DNA of 64,000 bases from Narcine bancroftii (lineage: Eukaryota), in NCBI RefSeq assembly GCF_036971445.1, contig NC_091473.1, positions 250,728,001 through 250,792,000 of the forward strand, read 5' to 3'. Below the pieces are notes generated by a model, which saw only the letters and a list, made by a program, of their open reading frames with translations, did not search any database and was not told where the DNA came from. Of the stretch, positions 48,401-59,140 are shown piece by piece (the stretch's first letter is position 1; every line of letters begins with the position of its first letter). A program made the position numbers and the translations under genes.

Positions 48401-51400
48401 TCTTCTAGGACCTCATTTTCTCTTTATTGTCTATACCTGTGGTACAGTTCTCTTTTTTTCTTAACCAGATCACCAATATCCCTTAAAACCTTGGCTTTAA
48501 TCCTGATAAGAAAATGCAAACTCCGCCCTCTCAAAATTTTGCCTTTGAAGGTCTTCCACTTACTGAACACATCCTTGCCAGAAAACAACTTATCCCAATC
48601 CAGTCTTCTTAGACCCTTTCTCATTTCCATAAAATTAGCCTTTCTCCAATTTAGAATCTCAACTCGAGGATCAAACCTGTCCTTCTCGTAATTAACTTGA
48701 AACTAATAACATTATGGTCACTGGACACAAAATGTTCACCTACGCATACTTCTGACCCCTGACCTGTCTGGCTCCCTCATAGGAGATCAAGTATTGCATC
48801 CTCTCTCATTGGTATCTCTATACATTGATTTAGAATACTTTCCTGAACATATTTCACAAACTCCAAGCCATCCAGCCCTTTTACAGTATTGAGTCCCAAT
48901 CAATATGTGGAAAATGACAATCTCCTATTATCACAACTTTTTACTTCTTACATTGGTCTGCTATCTCTCTGCAGATTTGCTCCTCTATATCTCTCTGACT
49001 ATACAATCCTATCAGGGTGGTCACATCCTTCCTGTTCCTCAACTTCATGCATATGGCCTCTGTAGATGAGCACTCTGGGCTATCCTGTCCTATTCAAGCT
49101 GTGATATTTTCCCTAACTAGCAATTCTACTCCTCCCCTTTCAACCCTCCCCCTCTATCACGTCTGAAACAACGGGACCCCGGAATATTGAACTGCCAGTC
49201 CTGCCCCTCCTGCAACCAAGTGTCACTTATAGAAATAATGTCGTAATCCTACGTGCCAATGAAGGTGAAATGATGCCTAAAATAAAAGCAGAAAATGCCA
49301 GGCTTTACTTTTGTGGAAAGAAAAGCAGAATTAAAATTTCAAATCAGAGATCTTTCACCAGAACTAAAAAAAAAAGAGATATCATGTTGGTTTTCAGTTG
49401 CAGAGAAGGTGGGGAAGGGACAGACAGAACATAAGAGAACATCGTTCTTCCTTAATGAGCTGTGCCGTTACCAGAACATATTTTTGCTCTGTGTGGGGAA
49501 TCCTGCTATGGGACAGCCGAGGTTCTCTTCAGTACAAAAACAGGCATGCAACACGTGGGTGCTTACGGTAAACATTGCTTAACATAACCCGTTCAACAGA
49601 AACATTATATTTTCCAGAATCCAAGAACAAAAGAGTTGACAGCAGAGGTAACAATGAAACCCAGGTAAGATCTTTAAGTATGAGTTGTCTGAATATTTAA
49701 ACATTTGTAAAATTGGTTTACATAGGATTACACAGACCATCCAGCCCCATTGCAGCATGAATACTGTACTCAAACATCCTCGCACTCCTCTTTATTGAAC
49801 CCCATCATTATATCTCTCTGGTCCTTCCTCCATCCCTCTTAACCATTTCTTTATCTGGATCCATGACTTTACACATCTTCAGAGAGGCTCCAATCTTTAG
49901 TATTGTTGTCTTATCAGTATACAGTGAGTTTGGCCCTGGTTCTACTGCTGAAGATGGGTCTTTGCTATTTACATAATCCTGGTTTTGTGTTCAATGACAT
50001 TTCAGTCAACATTTCATAGATTTCCATTGAATTCCAAGCACTGATGCAAAATTGTAAGAAATAAGACAAGTCCTCTCAGGGTAACCATTCCATCAGTTCT
50101 GAGATATCGACTGATCTCACCAACCACTTTCTCACTCACTCCTTTGATCCTGATAATGCCACCCCAAATATCTTATTGTCACTTTGGTCTGTTATCAACA
50201 GCTCTTAATTTAAAAAGAAATTAGATATACAGTACTATAACAGGCCATTTTGGCCCCTGAGTTCATGCCACCCAATTATACCTAATTGACCTGCAACCCC
50301 CCCCCCAGTACATTTCATACGGTGTGAGGAAACCAGAGCCCCTGGGGAAAACCAACGTAGACACGGGAAGAACACACAAACTCTTTACAGAGAGCACAAG
50401 ATTTGAACCCTCGTCCCGATCACTGGTATTGCGTAACTGCTACACCACCATGCCACTCATGTTTGTTATTCTTGTCAGTGCTATTTTTCACAACGTGTAG
50501 CATGCTTGTTCTGTAGTTTTGCCTCATTAATTTTCAAATGGATGTAGGAGCAATTGGGGCATTCGGTCTTTGAATCTGTTCTGCCATTCAAATCATGGCT
50601 GATGTATTTTTCCTCTCAACACTCCTTCTCCTTCTTTCTTGGCCTTAACCTTAGAAAACCTTTGAAGAACCTATCAGCCTCTGTTTTAAATCTATCCAAT
50701 GATGCCCTCCACAGCTGTCTGTGCCAACACGTTCCACAGATTCACCACTCTTTGGCTGAAGAAACTTCTCCTTATCTTTGTTCTAAAGGATCACTATTTT
50801 ATTCTGAGGTCCTGCCCTCTGGTACCAGACTCTCCTATAAGTGGTAATATCTTCTACATGTCCACTTGATCTCAAGCTTTCAATTAAATTCATAACTTTC
50901 CCAATTTCATCAGCTGCCTTTCACTTTCCCAAAGATTAGTGAGTCTGTTGAAAGATTCTGCTCTGCTGTAGACTTTCTCTCCTGGATTCAGCTGTCCCTC
51001 CAGGATCTCTACTCTAGTCTGCGCCATGTCCCTCTTGTGCTTCAGCAGCCCAGGCCCAATGCACTATACTGGTCCATCAAACCATTTTGCCGATAAGACC
51101 ATGAAGATTTCAGACATGGCACATTTCTCACATTGCATTCCTATGAAGCACCTAAGACTGTGTTGAAACTGGTTTAAAACTACATTATGTTATTGATACA
51201 GCATTCTGTATATACTCGTGTAATAGTTGAGTTTTTTGGACCAATTTTTCAGATCAAATTTGTGGAGGGGGAGGGGGGTCAACTTTTACATGAGTCATAC
51301 TTTTGACCATGGTAAGTACCTGTATTGTTCAAGGCATTGGTAGCTCAGATGGCAAGGACTAGGTGGTAAATCCATGTTCAGGGCATTGGGAGCTCGGATG

Positions 51401-53385
51401 AGCAGGTGGCTGAGGCTGGGATCCGTGGTCAGGTGTTAGGAGCTCGGATGGGCGGGCAGCTGGTGCGAGAATCTGTTGGGAACGCAGGAGGATGGGCAAC
51501 CAAGAGAGGATTCACAGTGAGGGTGTCAGGAGCTTCTGTAGGTGGGCAGCCAGGGCATCGGGAGATTGGATGGGTGGGCAGATCGGGGTGTTGGTAGCTC
51601 GACTGGGTGGGTGGTTGGGGTCAAAAATAGGTCATTCAGAAAATCCGTGATTTTTGGGCCAAAAAACGGGGAGGGTCAACTATTACACGAATTGACTATT
51701 ACATGAGTATATACGGTATATTACTGAATTATGAGCTGTTAACACAAACAGGAAATTTTAATTCCACAAACTGATTGAATGGATAGGATCATGGTAGAAA
51801 ATAGAAAACTGAGGGTGGTTTGATGGATATCTGCAGAGCAATCAATGTTTTTATTAGCAGACGCTTTATAGTAGAAGTCGGGTCACCCGTCTGAGTGCTA
51901 ATGGTACCATGTAACCTTGTTGCAAGGTTGGTTGATCGGGGTCTAAATCAGCTCCCCCACCAGGTTTGCCTGGTGAGGAGGTGGGGGGTTTAGACACCCT
52001 GCAAGATAAAAAACAAGAGCTGTTAAAGGGTGGACAAACCCTCTCATAGGTCAACGGCCATCTAACAAACATGTGCCGTGAAGCGCAGAAAGGGCACCCC
52101 TTGCATCGAAGCTTGGTCTGGCCATTCACTGCAACAGAACTTCCCCCACACCCCCGGCCGTCTTGGACCTCACCATGCTGCTGGATCCAGGAGGGGATGT
52201 CCAGAGGGTGGGTCTGGACCTGTGCAACCCTCTACTCACCTAAATCCATTCACACACACGCTGTTCCTTTCTGAGGAGTGGGGTATCCTCATATTAAGCC
52301 CAATGAACTGACTGAAAGGAACCATCGTCATCCTATTGGATGGGTAGCCTGAAAGTAGTAGAAGTTTTTTGTCACATTATACCTCATACAGTGAGAAGTG
52401 TTCTTCTGTGAGCATTCTAGCTGGTTATCTCCAACATTCATAAAGCCATGTGAAGTGTACAAGCACAGAGTTTCAATGGAAAGGAAGATCAATTAATGTG
52501 AAGCAAAGGGAGTACAAACACTGTTGTGGGTTCATTTAGGACCCTGTTGACTGTGTGGAAGAAGTTGTCTTTGTCCATTGGTGCATTTCTCCCTGAAGAG
52601 AGGAGGGAGAAGAGAGGATGTCTGGGGTTTGACAGGTCCTCCAGTATGTTGGCTATCTTTCCTATGCAGTGGACAATGTGGCTAACATCTGTGAAGGAGA
52701 AGGAGCTGTATTCACCACCTTCAATAGCTTCTCCTGATCTTTAGTTAAGCAGAGCACAGTTTGGCACTTGCAGGAGAAGAATGAATCGAGGGCTCCTAAA
52801 GTAAGATCATGAATAATAAATCCAGATGGGTATTCTGTAGGAACCTCTGTTCGTAGCTTTGCAAAAAATTTGTGGAATTTGTTACCACAAAGAGAAGTTG
52901 AGGTGTGAAGCAACAAGTTATTAAAGGGGAACTGGACAATACAGGGAACAGTAAACTTAAGGGAATGCAGGTGAATCGCTTAAGTTCAAAGCCAACACCA
53001 GCCTTGACCCTAAGGAGCAGACTGTAAATGGTCTTATCGTAGACTTGCTCAGAACAATGGCATACATCTTTCATGCTTGTCAATCTCGGATTTTTCTTTT
53101 AATATATTTTAGGATTCTGAACTTCATGAAGACAGCATCATTTATGCAGATCTGCAATACCCCAAAACACCTGCCCAATTGGGAAATGACCAAAATGAAA
53201 TTGTGTATTCCGCCGTGCAGTTCCAGAGTACATCGAGAGCAGGACACTCTGTTAACAGGGAGGACAATACCACCTACGCAAATGTTAAATATCAGAACTG
53301 CTCCTCAAGGAATAATCGAGAAACTGCTTCTCCTGGTACTCCGCATAATTCTGCACAGGCAATTTACAACACAGTTGCTTCTTAG
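24186..53385 (+). CDS. Gene 2: CD300/pIgR-like Ig receptor, inhibitory type; join(24186..24222,26202..26522,26939..27262,43212..43302,46144..46235,49618..49664,53113..53385), 394 aa
   Basis: Seven exons with compatible phases sum to 1185 nt (394 aa + stop). Signal peptide, V, C2-like, stalk, neutral TM, tail with ITIM/ITSM motifs. The model spans an N gap at 47150-47333. Confidence 0.8.
25540..26045 (+). repeat. Degenerate (GA)n polypurine tract, copy 2
   Basis: Same position relative to the V exon as 745-1195. Confidence 0.9.
26202..26522 (+). CDS. Gene 2 V-set Ig exon
   Basis: Identical by eye to 1354-1674, with the same splice sites. Confidence 0.92.
26939..27262 (+). CDS. Gene 2 C2/I-like Ig exon, GC-AG donor
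   Basis: Same as 2091-2414 except one M-to-V change (RYMTE vs RYVTE). Donor AAAG|gcaagt. Confidence 0.88.
28305..30192 (-). mobile_element. Duplicated copy of the Gypsy element, with an extra ~230-bp deletion
   Basis: Same LTRs and CACAC TSD; ORF 29324-29860. Confidence 0.85.
30632..31058. mobile_element. MITE-like element with terminal inverted repeats (partial copies at 6041-6410 and 22021-22125)
   Basis: Imperfect inverted termini ggccctttcaaacagc ... gcagtttgaaaggtct. Confidence 0.5.
32446..32482 (+). pseudogene. Dead signal-peptide exon (paralog of 24186-24222)
   Basis: ATG TAC ATT CCA GTC TTC CTC CTC TGA TCC CTG CCT G|gagagt: Cys codon changed to stop and donor GT changed to GA. Confidence 0.85.
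33578..40198 (+). mobile_element. Solo LTR of the same Gmr1-like element, interrupted by an L1
   Basis: Same flanks as 7324/9922 (gacttt| ... |ccttcaataaaa) but no internal gag/pol. Confidence 0.8.
33665..39515 (+). mobile_element. Near full-length L1-clade LINE (5'UTR, ORF1, ORF2 APE-RT), frameshifted
   Basis: ORF1 motifs RRNNIKIVG and EIERAHR. ORF2 pieces over 35536-39260 with QETH, GGDFN, SRID, DAEKAFDRVEW, QGCPLSP and LFADD. A-rich tail. 14-bp TSD agagagccaa(a/g)gtg at 33651-33664 and 39516-39529. Confidence 0.95.
40645..40959 (+). pseudogene. Second V-set Ig exon (copy B2) with premature stop
   Basis: Paralog of 10437-10751 with in-frame TGA at 40815-40817 (AGA in B1). Retains the C' Cys (WCRVWNQRC). 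Confidence 0.85.
41984..43020 (+). mobile_element. Solo LTR, duplicated counterpart of 11776-12810
   Basis: Same flanks acag / atgg. Confidence 0.75.
43212..43302 (+). CDS. Gene 2 stalk exon (GLEYVCHRYTTASTSTVNSEHHKISSNSSL)
   Basis: Paralog of 13002-13092 with the same splice sites; one N-to-T change. Confidence 0.8.
43634..44105 (-). mobile_element. 5'-truncated RTE-clade (BovB-like) LINE insertion
   Basis: ORF 43689-44063 reads GHVSRM..RLPK..YGEL..R.RGAPKKRYKD..C..C..SRIGLVSH. 9-bp TSD gacaagtgt. Absent from copy 1. Confidence 0.9.
45127..46101 (+). mobile_element. Independent solo LTR of the same family
   Basis: TG...CA termini with a perfect 4-bp TSD ATTG. Confidence 0.8.
46144..46235 (+). 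CDS. Gene 2 neutral transmembrane exon (RSKEIIVLSATGVLLTVLIIFLLFWIKCTNR)
   Basis: Acceptor caccacag| in phase 2. Uncharged ~22-aa helix. Donor AGGG|gtgagt in phase 1. Confidence 0.85.
47150..47333. other. Assembly gap (184 N)
   Basis: Run of n in the sequence. Confidence 1.
48300..49260 (-). mobile_element. CR1-type LINE endonuclease/tether fragment
   Basis: ORF 48424-48630 (DWDKLFSGKDVFSKWKTFK); minus-strand VTWLQEGQDWQ at ~49195-49225. Confidence 0.7.
49618..49664 (+). CDS. Gene 2 small cytoplasmic exon (ESKNKRVDSRGNNETQ)
   Basis: Acceptor attttccag|, donor CAG|gtaaga. Phase 1 to 0 exactly bridges the TM exon and the terminal exon. Confidence 0.72.
51206..51716. mobile_element. Tc1/mariner-pogo-like MITE
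   Basis: 22-bp TIRs ctgtatatactcgtgtaatagt / actattacatgagtatatacgg (20/22 match); TA after the right end. Confidence 0.7.
53113..53385 (+). CDS. Gene 2 terminal cytoplasmic exon with ITIM/ITSM motifs
   Basis: Acceptor tattttag| in phase 0. Motifs IIYADL and IVYSAV (ITIM), TTYANV (ITSM), AIYNTV (ITIM-like). TAG stop at 53383-53385. Confidence 0.85.
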   Translation, partial: DSELHEDSIIYADLQYPKTPAQLGNDQNEIVYSAVQFQSTSRAGHSVNREDNTTYANVKYQNCSSRNNRETASPGTPHNSAQAIYNTVAS

Positions 53386-55829
53386 GAAAACTATTAATTC
53401 AGCCTGGGAGGTTGATTTCTCAGATGTTGCTTTATTTGGTGTATTATATTTTGCTGTATTAGTCTATCCACATAATGTGTTTGTAAATATTTTGCTGAGC
53501 GATTATTTCAATACCATTCCCCTTTCATTTACAAGTGTAATCGTTGGCATTGAATATCTGAGTCTAGATCATCAAGGTGAATAACAAAATAGTCTTACTT
53601 CTCAGTCTGATTCTTGCAATATTCAACTTCATGGTCTGCTGCCACCAGTCCCATGCCTCTCCCCGACCTCATCAGCATTCCCTTCAGCTTATCAGCCCGA
53701 TGTCTCCAGAACGAAACAATATTTTTAAAGTAAATTTCTAAATTTAGACATACAGCACAGTAACAGGCCATTTTAGCCCACGAGTCCGTGCTGCCCGATT
53801 TACACCCAATTAACCTCGATAGCCTGCTGCACCTGCCAACCAGCCTTTCACAATTCATGCAAAAAGACTCCCAAGTCCTTCTGCATGGCAGCGTGCTGCA
53901 ATCACTTGCCATTTAAATAATAATCCGATCTTCTACTTTTCTTTACAAAGTGGATAACCTCACATTTACCAACATCATACTCCACCTGCCAGACCCTTGC
54001 CCACTCAGAAATTGTAATGTGATCGAATATCAAGGATGGGTGTTAAACCCTCCCGTCTCTAAGGCAGTTGTTGCCAACACTTCAGTAACACAAATTCTTG
54101 TAGTTACGCTGGGAGAAGGATCTGATAAGGGAGATCTCAATTACCAATGGGAGGATTTTCACTGTCTTCTTTAGAGAGCATCTGGCAAGAAGCACCAGTG
54201 TGCAATTCAACAGGTTCCATGTTGCTTTAGCTGGTTAGCTCCCAACAGCCACTCTGCCATGTAGATTTTCAGGGGGGTGGGAACCAGAGTGTCAGAGCAG
54301 ATAGAGGTGTGGTGGTGGAGGGCAAAGTTGATGTGAAAATTGCAGGCAACGTTTGAAGTCAACGGGTTGGACATGGTGGAAATGTTCACAGGTACATCTA
54401 TTTCAATGCAAGGAGTGTTGTAGGAAAGGCAGGCGAGCTCAGAGCGTGGATGTATGACATTGTGGCCATTAATGAAACTTGGTTGCAGAAGGGGCAGGAC
54501 TGGCAGCTCAATTTTCCGGTCTCTGATTACTTATAATCTGATGTATTTTTGAAAATTCGGCATCTGTATTTACACATTGAGGGAATTCATTTATAGACCT
54601 TTTCCTTAAGCTTCAAACCTTGTTAACCTCCGTGGATGTATTAAAAGATATAAATGACGAATGCTATGTGGTGATGGGGACCTTCCGGTAACGAGGTTTC
54701 AATTCTTGTTTTCCTACTATTCTTTATTCTTTTTCTATGTCTTTTCCTAATTTCATTTCATTTCTTTTTCTTTCTTTCTCTCTTGGTGTTTGTTTAGGGG
54801 GAAGCAGGGGATTGGGGGGCTGGGATTTGACATTAATATTTGATTATTATTACTTCATATTTGACAATGATTTAATGGATGGAAAACTTTTAAATAAAAT
54901 TTTCAAAAAAAATATCACAGCAGTGTTCAGGCAGGACAGACCAGAGAGCTCATCTACTGAGGTTCATCTACAGTGTGGAGCTAAGGAATGGGAAAGATAT
55001 AACCACATTCATGGGATTGTATTATAGACCCCTTAATAGTGAATGAAAATTAATGGAACAAATCTGTCAAAAGATTTGCTGTTCTCTTTCATTTGGTTCC
55101 CTCCCCCCCAACCATTCTAGTTTAAAGTCTCCTGAGTAGCTATTGCAAATGTCCCCACCAGATTCCTGATCCCCTGGGATTCAAGTCCAACCGTCCATTC
55201 TGTACAGATCACATCGACCCCAAAAATGGTCCCAGTGATCCAGAAGCTTGAATCCCTGCCCCTTGCTCCAGCCACACATTTATCCTCTGAAGTCAATTAA
55301 AATTGGGAGTATATTGAATAGTTTGTCTGTAGGAAGACAAGGATTTAAAACCTTGGCAGGAACAATGAGCCAAGTGAGGGGTTGGTGGTGAATGGTGAGG
55401 TGGGGAAGAAATGAGAAATAAAACAGAACACAAATGAGGAATAAGTCACCAGGAAACCAATTTGAGAAACCACAGATGACCTGGCCACGAAGAGTTTGAA
55501 GATCACACAGTACATTTAACAAAATTAAATACACTCAATATTCATCAAATGGTAGAATACACTGGGGTGGTAAAATGTTAGCAAGACTGGGTGATAACAA
55601 CACAAGGGAAAGAAGCACAGTGGATTGTGAGGTGATCCAAAATTAATTTTTAAATGCTAAGAATCACAGAAAAATTCCCTCCTTCAATTCCAGCAACACT
55701 GAGTTTGTAAGTTGGGTTGACAGTTAGCACAAAGCTGGTGAAGAGACAGGGAGCATTTGAGCACACAGTCTGGGTTCCTTTAAGGTCACCAGTTCCTTTA
55801 AAGTCACCTGCAGATGGAAACTCCATAGC

Positions 55830-57790
55830 TTTTCCAATGGAATCACAGCCCAGAATAGGCCCTTTGGCCCAATCCTTCTGTGCTGATCAAGTTGCCATTC
55901 TGGGCCAGTCTCATTTGCCTACATTTGGCCATATCCTTTTCAGCCCTTCCTATCTTGGTGTCTATCCAAAAATCTTTTGAAGATTGTTATTGTGCCTGCT
56001 TGCACATCCTCCGGCACCTCGTTCCAGGTACGGACCACATGCGAAGTGAAGACATAACACCTCTGGTCTCACTTAACTCTCTCCCTTCTCACCTTAAATC
56101 TTAACCCTTTAGTTCTAGAATTATCTACCCTAGGAGAAACACTGTGACCGTTCCCTTGATCCATGCCCCGTGTGATTTAATAAAACCTATATCAAGTCAC
56201 CCCTTAGCCTCCTACGCTCTAGAGAACAAAGACTTAGCTGATCTAACCTCTCCCTATGGCTCAAGCCCTCCTGTACCAGCAATGTCTTGGTGAATCTTCT
56301 CTTCACCCCTTCCAACCTATTGATTTCCTTCCTATAGCTGGGTGGCCAGAACTGCACACATTACGCTTAATGTGGTCAATACCTTTTATACCCAATAGTC
56401 CACCCAATGAAAACAAGCATGCCAAATATCTTCACCTCTTATCCACTCAAGATGTCACTGTCCAGGCAGTAAGAATTTAATTCCATTTACAACTCCGTGG
56501 TCCAGCTTCGGAACTAATCTAGATCCTGCTCTTGCTTATTCTTCCTCGCTGTTCACAACACCACTAATTTTGTTGCCACCTGCAAATTTACTAATCAAGC
56601 TAACTAATTTGCCATCCATATTGTTAAAATAGGTAATAGAGGACCCAATAGGTAATAGAGGTCCCAGTAGGTAATAGAGGACCCAGAAGGTAATAGAGGA
56701 TCCAGTAGGTAATAGAGGACCCAGCAGGTAATAAATGACCCAGTAGGTAATAGAGGTCCCAGTAGGTAATAGAGGATCCAGTAGGTAATAGAGGACCCAG
56801 CAGGTAATAAATGACCCAGTAGGTAATAGAGGTCCCAGTAGGTAATAGAGGACCCAGAAGTTAATAGAGGACCCAGAAGGTAATAGAGGACCCAGTAGGT
56901 AATAGAGGACCCAGAAGTTAATAGAGGACCCAGAAGGTAATAGAGTACCCCGTAGGTAATAGAGGGCCCAGAAGGTAATAAATGACCCAGTAGGTAATAG
57001 AGGTCCCAGTAGGTAATAGAGGACCCAGAAGTTAATAGAGGTCCCAGTAGGTAATAGAGGACCCAGAAGTTAATAGAGGACCCAGAAGGTAATAGAGGAT
57101 CCAGTAGGTAATAGAGGACCCAGCAGGTAATAAATGACCCAGTAGGTAATAGAGGTCCCAGTAGGTAATAGAGGACCCAGAAGTTAATAGAGGACCCAGA
57201 AGGTAATAGAGGACCCAGTAGGTAATAGAGGACCCAGAAGTTAATAGAGGACCCAGAAGGTAATAGAGTACCCCGTAGGTAATAGAGGGCCCAGAAGGTA
57301 ATAAATGACCCAGTAGGTAATAGAGGTCCCAGTAGGTAATAGAGGACCCAGAAGTTAATAGAGGTCCCAGTAGGTAATAGAGGACCCAGAAGTTAATAGA
57401 GGATCCAGAAGGTAATAGAGGACCCAGTAGGTAATAAATGACCCAGTAGGTAATAGAGGACCCAGAAGGTAATAGAGGACCCAGTAGGTAATAGAGGACC
57501 CAGTGCCAACTCCTTCAGCATGATACAGGTCACAAACCTCCAATCGGAACCAAAAAAACTGTCTCCCCATCACAACCCCTGACATCTTCCATGAATCCAA
57601 TGGGCTATATCCACAATATCCACAGGGACCTTGTCAAAGTCCATATGTACAATATCCACTGCCCTACCCTCATTAGTCCTCTTGGTCACCTCATCAAATA
57701 CCTCCATCATATTTATGAGTTATGGTTCTCCACGTATGAATCCCTGCTGGTGAACTCCAATCAGTCCCGACCATCCAAATGGTGGCCATC
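55830..57790 (-). mobile_element. Degraded CR1-type LINE hosting the minisatellite
   Basis: CR1 3' end at ~55830-56100; RT-core remnants on both sides of the tandem array. Confidence 0.6.
56630..57503 (+). repeat. 19-bp minisatellite (AGGTAATAGAGGACCCAGW), ~46 units
   Basis: Direct tandem repeats with no spacers. Variant units recur at a 323-bp (17-unit) period. Confidence 0.95.
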
Positions 57791-58884
57791 CCTAATTTAC
57801 TTGATCTGGGCCCCCTAATTCTAATGTATGCTTTGCTTTCTTTTAAAAAGAAATATTTTATTTAAAATTTAAAATTACATAACATAGTATTAGTTTCAAT
57901 ATATTAAAACAAACATAACGTGATTAGTTATTTATATTAAAAAAACCCATCCTCCCCAACCACCCCACTAATACCCTCCCTCCTCGCTTCTCTACCTACA
58001 AAAGAAAGAAAAAGGAGATCATCATCATATACAGTCATATTTAAACTTTTTGGCTGCAGGAACGGTAGCATCCATCGAAGCGGCCAAGAAATCATATCTT
58101 AACACCAATGACTTTCAAATAAGGGCTCCGGATTTTAATAAAGAAAAAAATATTTATCTCTCACCCTTTATTTTCTTGATTGGATCCTCAATATTCTTTG
58201 TAAACCAGGTTCCTGAAATTTACGAATCTTGCCCTTCACTCTAACAGGAATTAACAGTTCCTACAATGAACTCACCTTTTAAAACATCCCCCACTTACCA
58301 ATCATCCCCTTTTCCGCGAACATCCTCTCCCAATCAACTTCTGCAGGTTCCAACCTAATTGCTTCAAAATCAGCCTTGTCCCAATTTAGGTCTTAGTTTG
58401 TGGATCAGCCATGGAGTCTTTGCCTTGGCTGTGACCATAATTCCATTAGTTTAAAAAGGTTATAGTTATAGGTTCCAAAGAATTATTCCACTGTCACTTC
58501 AGTCACTTGCCCCATTCCAAATGTTGTGGCCTATCAAGAGGGCCCGCAATATACTGATTGAGGACTTCTCTGGATCACACTTTACAAAATTCTCTCCTTT
58601 TTAAGTCCTTTGTGCTCCTGTCAAATGAAGTCCTTGATCTGCAGTGGTGACCCCATTTCCCCCTTCACATCCTGTGAGCTGTTTTTAAAGTGAGGCTGGG
58701 AAGGGTTGTCTTCTTTACTTCCTGTGTGTCTTGTGTATAGCTTGAAGGCCATGCTGTGTGCATTGAAAAAGCACCAGAGGAGGAAGACAAGTCTCTGTGT
58801 GCATAGATATGGTTTTGATGCTCCAGATAAAGTTGTTTTTTTGAGCTTGAAGTTTTTGAGTGGTTCTTTCTCAAAGCAGAAGTT

Positions 58885-59140
58885 ACCACGTATTTTTAGC
58901 GATGAGGTAAACTGGTTTTGTGGAAGTCTCGACCCATTTTGAAACATAGCTGTGCATTTGGATGGCTACATTTGGGATTATCAGTGAATTTGTGGAAGGA
59001 AATGAGGATTGACTGGAGTATGAACAAAGGTTGGAACAGTTTTTCTGTGCTAATGGAATTATCAAGGAGGCTAAGAGGTGCTCTATTCTCCTGAGTGTGT
59101 GTGGGACAAAAACTTACAAGTTGATAAGGAACTTAGCCAT
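58885..59140 (+). mobile_element. Gypsy gag 5' fragment (continues at ~63420-63580)
   Basis: PBS-like tagcgatgagg; MATFG..EF......W.EY..RLEQFFCANGI..SILLSVCG.KTYKLIRNLA. Confidence 0.7.

Noticed and set aside
24186-53385. Assigning the symbol PIGR or a specific CD300 gene
   Set aside because: The V+C2 architecture and lineage-specific expansion make one-to-one orthology unsupportable from sequence alone.
53045-53584. 179-aa ORF overlapping the terminal exon
   Set aside because: Alternative frame with no recognisable motifs; the ITIM frame has the splice acceptor and correct phase.
56630-57503. CRISPR-like array
   Set aside because: Units are contiguous 19-mers with no unique spacers, in a vertebrate context with no cas genes.
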